Origin: Actinomycetota bacterium
Lineage (GTDB): Bacteria; Actinomycetota; Thermoleophilia; Solirubrobacterales; Solirubrobacteraceae
Assembly: GCA_016781085.1 (NCBI GenBank)
Contig: JADDQZ010000035.1
Span: 10,253-74,252 of the forward strand
Direction of reading: 5' to 3'
DNA length: 64,000 nucleotides
Below the pieces are notes generated by a model. It did not search any database, had not been told where the DNA came from, and worked only from the letters and a program-made list of their open reading frames with translations. Each line of letters begins with the position of its first letter. Within the stretch, counting starts at the first letter, position 1. Of this stretch, positions 45,652 to 54,603 are shown piece by piece. The position numbers were made by a program, and so were the translations under genes.

Positions 45652-45830
45652 CCAGGGCCCGTTCCCATCTTCCGGGAGGGCCAGCCAGATCCTGCTCCCG
45701 TTGGCTATCAGACGTTCTCACCGCTCAAATCATCGTGACGTAATCGCGTGTTGGCAAGCGGGCGCCCCTGGGTCCAAAGGCGACGTAACCTTGCCCGATA
45801 GCACGGATTCGTTCAGCGAAAGGAAACGTC

Positions 45831-46238
45831 ATGGCGAGCGAAGTCTCCAAGACCGATGCGGAGTGGCGCGAAGAGCTCACCCCCGAGCAGTACGAGGTGT
45901 TGCGTGAAGGTGGCACGGAGCCGGCATTCACCGGTCGTTATTGGAACTGCCACGACGACGGCGTGTACCGCTGCGCCGGCTGTGGCACTGCTTTGTTCGC
46001 GGCCGACACCAAGTTCGACTCCGGCACCGGCTGGCCGAGCTTCACCGAACCAGCTGTCGCCCAAGCCGTGGAGACCCGCGACGACTCGTCCTGGGGCATG
46101 ACGCGCACCGAAGTGGTGTGCCGCAACTGCGGCGGACACCTGGGGCACCTCTTCCCCGACGGGCCCCGCGACCGTGGCGGTATGCGGTACTGCATCAACT
46201 CCGCGTCGCTCGAGCTCGATCGCAACGCGCAGGCGTAA
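45831..46238 (+). CDS. msrB: Peptide-methionine (R)-S-oxide reductase
   Basis: 135 aa. CAGCGTALF...RTEVVCRNCGGHLGHLFPDGP...RYCINS. AAAGGAAA lies upstream of the ATG. Confidence 0.95.
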   Translation: MASEVSKTDAEWREELTPEQYEVLREGGTEPAFTGRYWNCHDDGVYRCAGCGTALFAADTKFDSGTGWPSFTEPAVAQAVETRDDSSWGMTRTEVVCRNCGGHLGHLFPDGPRDRGGMRYCINSASLELDRNAQA

Positions 46239-46323
46239 CGAAGCGCCAGCGGCGGCGTGCGCCTCAATGGAGTAGGCCAGACGTCCGGACCCTCCACCAC
46301 GGACACAGCACTACTCTGAGCTT

Positions 46324-46932
46324 GTGAGCGACGTCGCCGCGCCCCTTCCCCTGGACCCTTCGGATTCCCAGGGGCCCCCGAAGCCGCTGCGCGCCGACGC
46401 CCGGCGCAACCGCGAACGGGTATTGAATGCCGCAAGGGAGATCTTCGCCGAACAAGGCCGTGACGCTCAGATCGACGACGTAGCCCGCCGCGCGGGGCTC
46501 GGGGTCGGCACCGTCTACCGGCACTTCCCGACCAAGGAAGCTTTGCTGGAGGCGCTCGCGATTGACAAGTTCGAGCGCCTGTTGGTGATCGCGGAGCGGG
46601 CTTTGGACGCAAGCGACGCTTGGGAGGGCTTGCGCGACGTCTTCTGGAAGACGGCAGAGCAGATGGAGCAGGACCGCGCGCTATCAGAAGCGATGGCACC
46701 CGACGCGCTTGAAGTTGCCACCGCAGAGCGGGTACGACTGCAAGACGCAGGCCGGTTGTTGCTTGAACGTGCGCAGAAGAGCGGTGCCGTGCGCGCCGAC
46801 GTCGAGCCGGAAGACCTACCGGTGCTGATGTGCTCGATCGGCGCGGCCGTGCGTCGCAGCGCTGGCAATCCCGAGCGCTGGCACCGCTACGTCGAGCTCG
46901 TTTGCGACGGGCTGCGCGCGCGTACCCCTTAG
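46324..46932 (+). CDS. TetR-family transcriptional regulator
   Basis: N-terminal HTH RERVLNAAREIFAEQGRDAQIDDVARRAGLGVGTVYRHF. GTG start. Confidence 0.9.
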   Translation: MSDVAAPLPLDPSDSQGPPKPLRADARRNRERVLNAAREIFAEQGRDAQIDDVARRAGLGVGTVYRHFPTKEALLEALAIDKFERLLVIAERALDASDAWEGLRDVFWKTAEQMEQDRALSEAMAPDALEVATAERVRLQDAGRLLLERAQKSGAVRADVEPEDLPVLMCSIGAAVRRSAGNPERWHRYVELVCDGLRARTP

Positions 46933-46977
46933 GGACTTCGCCGCGGCAGGACCAGCGCCGGCGCTAACGTCCCGCGC

Positions 46978-48801
46978 ATGACCGCCGCTGACGCCACCGA
47001 TCCCGCGCTCGACTCTGTCGCCTGGAACCTCTCGCCGCTCCTCGACGGCGCGCAAGACGGCGACGCTCCGGCGGCCGTGAACCGGATGCTCGACGAAGCC
47101 CTCGAGCGGTCTGAGGCTTTCGCCGCCGAGCATGCCGGCAAGGTCGCACAGCTCGACGCCAGCGGACTCGCCGCCGCGATGCGAGAGCTCGAAGGCGTGC
47201 ACGAGCTCGCCGGCCGTGCGGGCTCTTACGCCATGCTGCGATTTTCGACGAATACGGCGGATCCCGAGCGCGGAGCCCTGCTTCAGAAGGTGCAGGAGAA
47301 AGGCACCGCCATCGAGACCACGCTGCTGTTCTTCGAACTCGAATGGGCAGCGGTCGACGACGCTCGCGCCGACGAGCTCCTGACTTCAGATCAGCTCGAC
47401 TTCTGCCGCCACCACTTGCGCACTGCCCGGCGCTACCGCCCGCATCTGCTGTCAGAGCCGGAGGAGCGGATTCACGCCGAGAAGACGCTCACCGGCCGGA
47501 GTGCCTGGGACCGGCTGTTCGCCGAGCAGACGTCCGCGATTGCCGTCTCGCTCGACGACGAGCCTGAGCCCGTGTCGCTCGAAGTGGCGCTGTCGCGGCT
47601 GATGTCGCCGCAGCGCGACGTTCGCCAGCATGCCGCCGAGCGTGTGACCGCAGCACTCGAACCAGGTCTGCGGACGCGCGCCTACATCTTCAACACTCTG
47701 CTGGCCGACAAGACGGTCGACGACCGGCTGCGCCGCTTTCCGCACTGGCTGGCGAGCCGCAACCTCTCCAACGAGGCGTCCGACGAGTCAGTGCAGGCGC
47801 TCATTGATGCGGTGCGCAACCGCTACGAGTTGCCGCGGCGCTGGTACCGGCTCAAGGCCCGGCTACTCAACCTCGACCGCCTGGCCGACTACGACCGGAT
47901 GGCCGCCGTCACCGAAGACGACGAGACTTTCTCGTGGAATCAGGCGCGCGATCTCGTGCTCGATTCCTACGACTCGTTCTCGCCTGACCTCGGCGCCACG
48001 GCCAAGCGCTTCTTCGACGAGGACTACATAGACGCGCCCGTGCGCCCGGGTAAGCGGGGAGGCGCTTTCTGCGCGTCGGCGGTCCCGTCAGTGCATCCGT
48101 ACGTGATGCTCAACTACACGGCGCGACGGCGCGACGTGCTGACGTTGGCGCACGAGCTCGGGCACGGCGTGCACTTCTCGCTGGCCCGCAAGCAGGGCCT
48201 TTTCCACCAGGGCACTCCTCTGACCACCGCCGAGACCGCGAGCGTCTTCGGTGAGACCATCGTCTTCGGTCGCCTGCTCGAACATGCTTCTTCGCCTGAA
48301 TCGCGGCTGTCCCTGCTGGCCGAGAGCCTCGAGGGCGCCATCGCGACGGTCTTCCGCCAAGTGGCGATGAACCGCTTTGAGCACCTCGTCCACACCGAGC
48401 GACGCGAGCACGGCGAGGTGGCCGCAGAGCGTTTCGGCGAGCTTTGGTATGAGTCCCAACACGAGCTGCTGGGCGATTCGGTGGAGATCACCGAGGGTTA
48501 CCGGCGTTGGTGGTCCTACGTTCCCCACTTCATCAGCACGCCGGGCTACGTGTACGCCTACGCCTACGGTCAGCTGCTGGCGTTGGCAGTCTACGCCCGC
48601 TACGAGCAGGAGGGCGACGCCTTCGTGCCCGCATATCTGGAGATGCTGGCCACGGGCGGGTCAAAGTCGCCCGAAGATCTCGGGCGCATCGTCGGGGTCG
48701 ATCTCGCCGATCCTGGGTTCTGGAACACCGGCCTGGACATCGTCGAGCGGCAGTTGGCCGACGCGGAAGCCGCGGCGCAAGAGGCGCGCGGCGTCAGCTG
48801 A
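46978..48801 (+). CDS. pepF: M3B oligoendopeptidase (PepF family)
   Basis: 607 aa with zinc motif HELGHGVH and the usual downstream E. M3B-like overall length. Confidence 0.88.
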   Translation: MTAADATDPALDSVAWNLSPLLDGAQDGDAPAAVNRMLDEALERSEAFAAEHAGKVAQLDASGLAAAMRELEGVHELAGRAGSYAMLRFSTNTADPERGALLQKVQEKGTAIETTLLFFELEWAAVDDARADELLTSDQLDFCRHHLRTARRYRPHLLSEPEERIHAEKTLTGRSAWDRLFAEQTSAIAVSLDDEPEPVSLEVALSRLMSPQRDVRQHAAERVTAALEPGLRTRAYIFNTLLADKTVDDRLRRFPHWLASRNLSNEASDESVQALIDAVRNRYELPRRWYRLKARLLNLDRLADYDRMAAVTEDDETFSWNQARDLVLDSYDSFSPDLGATAKRFFDEDYIDAPVRPGKRGGAFCASAVPSVHPYVMLNYTARRRDVLTLAHELGHGVHFSLARKQGLFHQGTPLTTAETASVFGETIVFGRLLEHASSPESRLSLLAESLEGAIATVFRQVAMNRFEHLVHTERREHGEVAAERFGELWYESQHELLGDSVEITEGYRRWWSYVPHFISTPGYVYAYAYGQLLALAVYARYEQEGDAFVPAYLEMLATGGSKSPEDLGRIVGVDLADPGFWNTGLDIVERQLADAEAAAQEARGVS

Positions 48802-48829
48802 CGGTTCCTGTTTCGCGCGCGTCTCACGT

Positions 48830-48920
48830 CGGCTCGGCGAGCCGTTTGTCCTCGGCTAGCCGAACCGTCCGCCCTCGGCTAGCCGAACCTTTGGAAACGG
48901 CTAGCGAAAGGTGCTTTCAG
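48830..48920. repeat. About four degenerate tandem units of 22-23 nt built around CGGCTAGCC, between the convergent pepF and sigma genes
   Basis: Units start at 48830 (cggctcggcgagccg, also a 6-bp hairpin followed by TTTGT), 48853 and 48876 (cggctagccgaacc, in a 17-nt exact repeat cctcggctagccgaacc) and 48898 (cggctagcgaaagg, which includes the sigma gene TAG stop). Confidence 0.85.
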
Positions 48921-49740
48921 TTCGGTTCGCGCGCGCTTTCTCGCTTAGCCGCTCGAGAGCGGAGCGAATGATGCGCGAGACGTGCATTTGAGAGACGCCG
49001 ATCTCGCTAGCGATCTCGCTCTGCGTCATGTCGCGCTCAAAGCGCATCCGCAGCACCCAGCGGTCCCTCTCCGTGAGCACCCCCGACATCTGCTCAAGCG
49101 AAACCGCCTGCTCGGCGCGGTCGAGTTCGCGGTCCTCGCTGCCGATCCGGTCGGCTACGGTGAATTCCTCCTCCGAATCTGAGCCAGAGGGGGCTTCCAG
49201 CGATGTCGCGCGATATGACATCGCGGCGTGACGGGCTTCCAGCACCTGCTCGGCGGAAAGTCCGGTCACTTCCGACAGTTGACCGACCGACGGTACTCGT
49301 CCGGATTGCGAGAACAAGCGCTCCGCGTCGCGTTCGACCAAGGCGGAACGCTCCTGTAGCTCGCGGGGCATGTGGACTGCCCACGTAGTGTCTCGGAAGT
49401 AGCGCTTGATCTCGCCAAGGATCGTGGGCACGGCGTAGGAAGTGAAAGAGACCGCGCGGGAGGAATCGAAGCGGTCGACCGCCTTGACCAGCCCGAGGTT
49501 GGCTACTTGCAGGAGATCGTCCAACGGTTCTCCCGAATGGACGTACCGCATGGCCAGGCTGCGCGAAAGCGGCTGAAAGAGCTCGACGAGTTGGGCACGG
49601 GCCGCGGGATCGCCAGTGGCCCGGAGACTCGCGAACAGCCGGCGCTCACGCGCATCGCGGGCGGGGTTGCTGCGGGCTGACTTAGCCGGTCGCGTTGCTA
49701 AAGGGCGCGTCGTGCCTGAGGTTTCCTTGCTGACCGCCAC
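48901..49740 (-). CDS. Group-3 sigma-70 family sigma factor (SigB/SigF/SigG type)
   Basis: 279 aa. Region 2 DDLLQVANLGLVKAVDRFD...YAVPTILGEIKRYFRD; region 4 SQSEIASEIGVSQMHVSRI. GTG start. Confidence 0.88.
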   Translation of the reverse strand: MAVSKETSGTTRPLATRPAKSARSNPARDARERRLFASLRATGDPAARAQLVELFQPLSRSLAMRYVHSGEPLDDLLQVANLGLVKAVDRFDSSRAVSFTSYAVPTILGEIKRYFRDTTWAVHMPRELQERSALVERDAERLFSQSGRVPSVGQLSEVTGLSAEQVLEARHAAMSYRATSLEAPSGSDSEEEFTVADRIGSEDRELDRAEQAVSLEQMSGVLTERDRWVLRMRFERDMTQSEIASEIGVSQMHVSRIIRSALERLSEKARANRTESTFR

Positions 49741-49750
49741 AGTCGAGATC

Positions 49751-49776
49751 GTTCCCTTTCGGACACTGAAGGAAAC
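49751..49776 (-). promoter_or_regulatory. Candidate SigF/SigB-type promoter (GTTT-N16-GGGAAC) just upstream of the sigma factor gene
   Basis: Minus strand reads cGTTTccttcagtgtccgaaaGGGAACgatctcgactGTG. The -10-like element ends 10 nt before the GTG start, implying a very short leader. Confidence 0.3.
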
Positions 49777-50017
49777 GGCGTGGTTTGAATTGGGGTCTGC
49801 AAACTAGGCAGCCACAGACCAGGTGTGTGCGTCCCTTGACCCCGCATACCGAGGTCAAACGGACACACGTGCTGGGTCCCGCGCATCGGATGGCGCGGAA
49901 CGGGCGTCAGCACCGTGTGCTGCCCAGCCCGTTCTCTGGCATGCGTCGGAGAACCCACGAGTTTCCGCCCTGACCGCTTTGGGCCAGGCTCGGTCACCCG
50001 GAAGGCGGGTCCGGCGG

Positions 50018-51238
50018 TCAGCCGGTGATGCTGCTCAGGTCGCCGATGATCCGGACCTTCGTCTTGAAGGCTCCGTCACGGCCGTGAGCAGCCACGTCGC
50101 CGGAACTCGGGCGAGGACCGCGCGAGTCCGAACGCCCGCCGGAGCGGGGACGACGGTCGCCGGAGCGTCCGTTGCGGTCATCGCGACGGCCCCCCTGACG
50201 GCCATAGCCTTCGGAGCGGCCCGACACCTGATTCTTGATCTCCCGCACCGGTGTGATAGCGAGCCGCAGCCACGCCGCGAAAGTCGGATCTCCGGGAGCG
50301 AGACCCTGGCAAGCCTGACAGCACACGGCGGCCCATTTGAGCTGCTGGCCTTGCTCGTCGTGTTTCGGAGTCAGAGCTTCGAGTACCACCGGCGCTCCAC
50401 CCACGCGCTCGACGGCAGCCGCCAAGCGCGCTTGGCTGCGAGATCCGCTGTTGGCCGGGGCAGCCTGTTCAACCGACTGTGATGCCTCTCCCACCGGATC
50501 CGACACCGGGGCGTCGATGACGGGGACAGCTTGACCCTCGACTGGTGAGGTCGCCACATCTGCGGTCGCGCCAACGACAACGCCGGACGAAGCAGCACCC
50601 TCGCCTTGCGCCGGTTGCGGCGCTCCGGTTTCTCCGGTCGCGGCCGCCGTGACGACCTGCGTGTGTTCGATGCCCGTGTCCGGTCCCTGATCGGCACGGC
50701 GCAATTCAGAAAGCTTGGCGAAGAAGACGCGTCGATGGCGCTCGGCCGCGTTGGGCCGACGGCGGCGGCGCTGCCCGTCGGTGCGGGCCGCCCTCCGAGC
50801 CTGGTCGTCACCGCGCGAAGGGTGCGCTGCGTCGGGATTCGCAGTTGCGTCAGCAGCTGGAGCGTCGGGATTCGCGGTTGCGTCAGCAGCTGGAGCGTCG
50901 GTGGTCGAAGCGTCGGCGGCAGGAGCTTCAGCAGCCGGAACGCCAGTGCCCGGAACATCGCCGCTAGCAACGTCAGTCGCCGGCACATCAGCCGCCGGCA
51001 CATCAGCCGCCGTCTCATCGCCACTCGGAGCCTCAGCGACCGAAACGCCACCGGCAGGAGCATCAGCGGTCGGCGAATCGTTCGCCGAAGTGGTGACTGC
51101 AGCGTCCGGTGCGGCGGGCACCTCAGACGGATTCGCGACAGCGGACTGCTGCTCGGGGGCGATCATGTCCGAGGAGCGCTCCGCGGCGTCCTCGAGCCGG
51201 GGATCGGGGACTGTTTCTGCGCTCGGACCGGTCGACAT
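50018..51238 (-). CDS. Low-complexity/disordered protein with Ala-Asp-Pro repeats, a basic patch and an Arg-Gly-rich C-terminal region; unknown function
   Basis: ATG at 51238 (track TTG at 51247). High GC3 throughout, 406 aa. Only aa ~290-345 (RLAAAVERVGGAPVVLEALTP...WAAVCCQACQGL...AAWLRLAITPV) look globular. Confidence 0.6.
   Translation of the reverse strand: MSTGPSAETVPDPRLEDAAERSSDMIAPEQQSAVANPSEVPAAPDAAVTTSANDSPTADAPAGGVSVAEAPSGDETAADVPAADVPATDVASGDVPGTGVPAAEAPAADASTTDAPAADATANPDAPAADATANPDAAHPSRGDDQARRAARTDGQRRRRRPNAAERHRRVFFAKLSELRRADQGPDTGIEHTQVVTAAATGETGAPQPAQGEGAASSGVVVGATADVATSPVEGQAVPVIDAPVSDPVGEASQSVEQAAPANSGSRSQARLAAAVERVGGAPVVLEALTPKHDEQGQQLKWAAVCCQACQGLAPGDPTFAAWLRLAITPVREIKNQVSGRSEGYGRQGGRRDDRNGRSGDRRPRSGGRSDSRGPRPSSGDVAAHGRDGAFKTKVRIIGDLSSITG
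50829..50904. repeat. 33-bp in-frame tandem repeat (2.3 copies, 1 mismatch) inside the disordered-protein gene
   Basis: gcgtcgggattcgcRgttgcgtcagcagctgga occurs twice, then a partial third copy. It encodes PAADATANPDA twice. Confidence 0.9.
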
Positions 51239-51256
51239 GCCTTTCAATTTAGAGGG

Positions 51257-53539
51257 TCAGCCGCGAAGGCGGCCGTGTCGGCTTGGCGTGAAGCCCCGAA
51301 GCCGCAACGAGTTGCCGACGACGAAGAGGCTTGAAAGCGCCATGGCGCCTCCCGCCAGAAGGGGATTGAGGAGACCCGCGGCAGCCGCCGGCACGAGCGC
51401 GACGTTGTAGGCGAAAGCCCAGAATAGGTTTCCCTTGATCGTGCGCAGCGTTCGCCGCGCCAGCTCAATGGCATCCGCGACCGAGCGCAGATCGCCCGAG
51501 ACGAGCGTCAAGTCGGACGCCTCGATCGCAACGGAAGTTCCGGTTCCAATCGCGATTCCGAGATCGGCTTGAGCGAGCGCCGGTGCGTCGTTGACCCCGT
51601 CGCCCACCATCGCGACAACGTGCCCTTCGTCTTGTAGCCGTTTGACGACTCGCGCCTTCTCCGCCGGAAGTACTTCGGCGGTCACCTCGTCGATGCCGAC
51701 GTGCGCGGCCACCGCCACGGCCGTCGTTCGGTTGTCGCCGGTCAGCAGGACTGGCCGCAGCTTCAGGGACCGAAGCCGCGCGATCGCTTGCGCTGAGCCC
51801 TCTTTCGGCGTGTCGGCCACAGCGAAGACGGCACGTGCGCGTCCGTCCCAAGCCCCGACAACGGCGGTGGCTCCTGACTTCTCTGCTCGCTCGAGCGCCT
51901 TGACGAGCGACACGGGAACCTCGATGGCGCGTTCGGCGAGCAGCGCAGGGCGCCCGACGATGACGTCGAAACCGTCCACTACGCCTTGCACTCCAAGTCC
52001 TTCGTGGTTTCTGAACTCCACCGGCATTGGCAGGGCGCCCAGGAGAGCACGGGCAGCATCGGCGATGGCGCGGCCGACAGGATGCTCCGAGCCGCTTTCG
52101 AGGGCGCCCGCAAGCTTCAGCGCTTGCTCCCGGTCGTCCGCATCTGCGACGACCACATCGCGCAGTTTCATCTGCCCCGAAGTGACAGTCCCCGTCTTGT
52201 CGAGCACGACCGTGTCGATCCGGCGCGTCGATTCGAGGATTTGGGGACCCTTGATCAACAGCCCGAGCTGCGCACCGCGGCCCGTCCCGACCAACAAGGC
52301 GGTCGGCGTCGCGAGTCCCAGGGCACACGGGCAGGCGATGATCAACACCGCCACGGCGGCCGCGAGGGCAAATGATGCCGGCTCGCCGGCCGCCAGCCAA
52401 TAGGCGAGCGCGCACAGCGACACCGCGATTACCGCCGGCACGAACACCGACGCCACTCGGTCGGCTAGCCGCTGAACGGGTGCCTTGCCCGCTTGAGCTT
52501 CAGTGACCAGGCGGCCGATCTGCGCCACAGCGGTGTCCGCACCTACCCGGGAAGCCCTGATAATGAGCCTCCCACCGAGGTTGATGGTTGCGCCCACGAC
52601 GTCGTCGCCGGGCCTTTTTTCCACGGGAACAGATTCGCCCGTGAGCAGCGACTCATCGATCGCCGACGCGCCTTGGAGCACGACTCCGTCCGTTGGGATC
52701 TTCTCTCCTGGGCGGACGACAAAAGAGTCCCCAACGGCGATTTCCTCAAGCTTGACCCGACGCTCAGTCCCGTCGGAGGCAATCAGCGTGACGTCTTTGG
52801 CCGCGAGCTTGAGCAACTCGTGCAGCGCAGCACCCGCGCGACCCTTCGCTCGCGCTTCGAAAAAGCGACCTGCCAGGAGGAAGCAGACGACGACAGCCGC
52901 TACCTCGAAGTAAAGGTGCATCTCGGCGTCGGACCGGTCGGGGATCCATTCAAACGACATTTTCATGCCGGGATGGCCGGCGTCACCCAGAAAGAGCGCC
53001 CACACCGACCACGCCCACGCCGACAGCGTGCCGAGCGAGATCAGCGTGTCCATGGTCGCCGTCCCGTGGCGCAAGTTCTGCCACGCGGCCCGGTGAAACG
53101 GCCAACCCGCCCACAACACGACCGGTGTCGTCAACTGCATGGCGAACCACTGCCAGAAGTCGAATTGCAGCGCGGGCACCATCGACAAGACCAGAACCGG
53201 CAGCGAGAGTGCGACGGCCCACTTGAGTCGTAGCAACAGCGCCCGCTCGGCGCTGACCGATTTGTCGTCCGCGCCGTTGGCATCGTCGTCGCCGGACTCC
53301 ACCCCGGCAGATTGGGGAAGCGCTGCCCGATAGCCGGCCCGCTCCACGGCTTCGATCAGTGCCTCGGGGCGGACCTGCGTACCGTCAAAGGCGATCGACG
53401 CCCGCTCGGTGGCGTAGTTGACAGAAGCCTGAACGCCATCGATCCGATTGAGGCGCTTCTCAACGCGTGCCGCGCACGACGCGCACGTCATCCCCTCGAT
53501 CGGGAGTTCGACGCGTTCGGGCAAGGCGGGCGCGCTCAT
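51257..53539 (-). CDS. copA: Copper-translocating P1B-type ATPase
   Basis: 760 aa. N-terminal HMA domain ([15 protein letters not shown]), CPC in TM6 ([13 protein letters not shown]), [13 protein letters not shown]. Confidence 0.95.
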   Translation of the reverse strand: MSAPALPERVELPIEGMTCASCAARVEKRLNRIDGVQASVNYATERASIAFDGTQVRPEALIEAVERAGYRAALPQSAGVESGDDDANGADDKSVSAERALLLRLKWAVALSLPVLVLSMVPALQFDFWQWFAMQLTTPVVLWAGWPFHRAAWQNLRHGTATMDTLISLGTLSAWAWSVWALFLGDAGHPGMKMSFEWIPDRSDAEMHLYFEVAAVVVCFLLAGRFFEARAKGRAGAALHELLKLAAKDVTLIASDGTERRVKLEEIAVGDSFVVRPGEKIPTDGVVLQGASAIDESLLTGESVPVEKRPGDDVVGATINLGGRLIIRASRVGADTAVAQIGRLVTEAQAGKAPVQRLADRVASVFVPAVIAVSLCALAYWLAAGEPASFALAAAVAVLIIACPCALGLATPTALLVGTGRGAQLGLLIKGPQILESTRRIDTVVLDKTGTVTSGQMKLRDVVVADADDREQALKLAGALESGSEHPVGRAIADAARALLGALPMPVEFRNHEGLGVQGVVDGFDVIVGRPALLAERAIEVPVSLVKALERAEKSGATAVVGAWDGRARAVFAVADTPKEGSAQAIARLRSLKLRPVLLTGDNRTTAVAVAAHVGIDEVTAEVLPAEKARVVKRLQDEGHVVAMVGDGVNDAPALAQADLGIAIGTGTSVAIEASDLTLVSGDLRSVADAIELARRTLRTIKGNLFWAFAYNVALVPAAAAGLLNPLLAGGAMALSSLFVVGNSLRLRGFTPSRHGRLRG

Positions 53540-53754
53540 GTCTTCATCTCGTACCCGGCTTCGCCGACCGCAGCGGCAATCGCGCTGTCATCGAAGCCAT
53601 CGCCAGCCACGGTCAAGCGGCCCGTGGCGAGCTCGACTTCCACGGCGTCAACGCCTTTGATCTCTTCGACTTCCTCTTTGACCGCGGCAACGCAATGGCC
53701 GCACGTCATTCCTTCGACGAAGTAAGAGCGAGAACCGGATTCGGACAGCGACAT
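53536..53754 (-). CDS. copZ: Copper chaperone CopZ (HMA domain)
   Basis: 72 aa with [15 protein letters not shown] overlap with copA. Confidence 0.92.
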   Translation of the reverse strand: MSLSESGSRSYFVEGMTCGHCVAAVKEEVEEIKGVDAVEVELATGRLTVAGDGFDDSAIAAAVGEAGYEMKT

Positions 53755-53791
53755 GTGGAAGTTTCTCCTCTGAGTGGACCGGCCCCCACAG

Positions 53792-53809
53792 TATACCCCC
53801 CCGGGGTGT
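53792..53809. promoter_or_regulatory. CsoR-type operator-like GC-rich pseudo-palindrome upstream of copZ
   Basis: TATACCCCCCCGGGGTGT (ACCCC-N3-GGGGT core), 38-55 nt upstream of the copZ ATG, in the copZ/kptA divergent spacer. Confidence 0.5.
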
Positions 53810-53848
53810 CCTCAGCGAGCTGGTTCTTCGCGGCTACAACTGCGTGGC

Positions 53849-54397
53849 ATGGACGACAAGCGGCTGGTGAAGACCTCGAAGTACCTGGCGCGTCACCTTC
53901 GCCACCAGCCCGAGCGGTTGGGACTGACGCTTGACGAAGCGGGCTGGGTCGATGTCGACACGCTGCTGCGCGCGTGCTCCGCACAAAGTTTCCCGCTTAC
54001 TCGCGCGCAATTGAACGAGGTCGTCGAGAAAAACGACAAGCGCCGGTTCTCGTTCGATCCGTCCGGGACGAAGATCCGTGCCAGCCAGGGGCACAGCGTC
54101 GAGGTCGACTTGCACCTACAGCCCGTGGACCCGCCGGTGCTGCTGTTCCACGGAACAAGCGCCCCCCGCATCGCATCCATCCTGCGCGAAGGCCTCCATC
54201 GTGGGCAGCGCCATCACGTGCACTTATCGCCCGACACGGAAACGGCCCGACGCGTAGGCGCGCGGCACGGGCGGCCGGTCGTCCTCGAAGTGGCAGCGGC
54301 CGAAATGTCCGGCATCGGATTCGAGTTTTTAACGAGCGATAACGGTGTCTGGTTGACGGCCGAGGTACCCCCGCGATTTCTTAAGGTCCTCTCGTGA
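53849..54397 (+). CDS. kptA: RNA 2'-phosphotransferase (Tpt1/KptA family)
   Basis: ATG at 53849. MDDKRLVKTSKYLARHLRHQPERLGL..DEAGWVDV...KRRF...IRASQGHS...LFHGTS...RHHVHLS, the Tpt1 R-H-R-R signature context. Confidence 0.88.
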   Translation: MDDKRLVKTSKYLARHLRHQPERLGLTLDEAGWVDVDTLLRACSAQSFPLTRAQLNEVVEKNDKRRFSFDPSGTKIRASQGHSVEVDLHLQPVDPPVLLFHGTSAPRIASILREGLHRGQRHHVHLSPDTETARRVGARHGRPVVLEVAAAEMSGIGFEFLTSDNGVWLTAEVPPRFLKVLS

Positions 54398-54570
54398 GAA
54401 CAAGAGGAAGCCGTGGTGGGGCGTCTCGGCCATCCCCTTTCGGCAGGTTCCTATGGCTCAGGCAGCGCGACTTGGCCCGATCGCCGCCGGAAGGAGGCGC
54501 TAGTACGCGAGCGCATGCGGCCGACGGCGACTAGGAGGTCCTCCCGACGGGCGGAAGGAGGTGGCGGGTC

Positions 54571-54603
54571 CCCCCAACTGCCCATTCGGTAGGCAGTTGG
54601 GGG
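54571..54603 (-). terminator. Perfect 12-bp stem hairpin 10 nt downstream of the tmRNA 3' end
   Basis: cccccaactgcc-cattcggta-ggcagttggggg. No U-tract on either strand. It could also end kptA transcription. Confidence 0.5.

Noticed and set aside
48830-48920. CRISPR array (also considered for 29056-29120 and 50829-50904)
   Set aside because: There are only 2-4 units. The units are contiguous or have period 22-33 nt with no unique spacers of CRISPR size, no cas genes are nearby, and one of the repeats is in-frame coding sequence.
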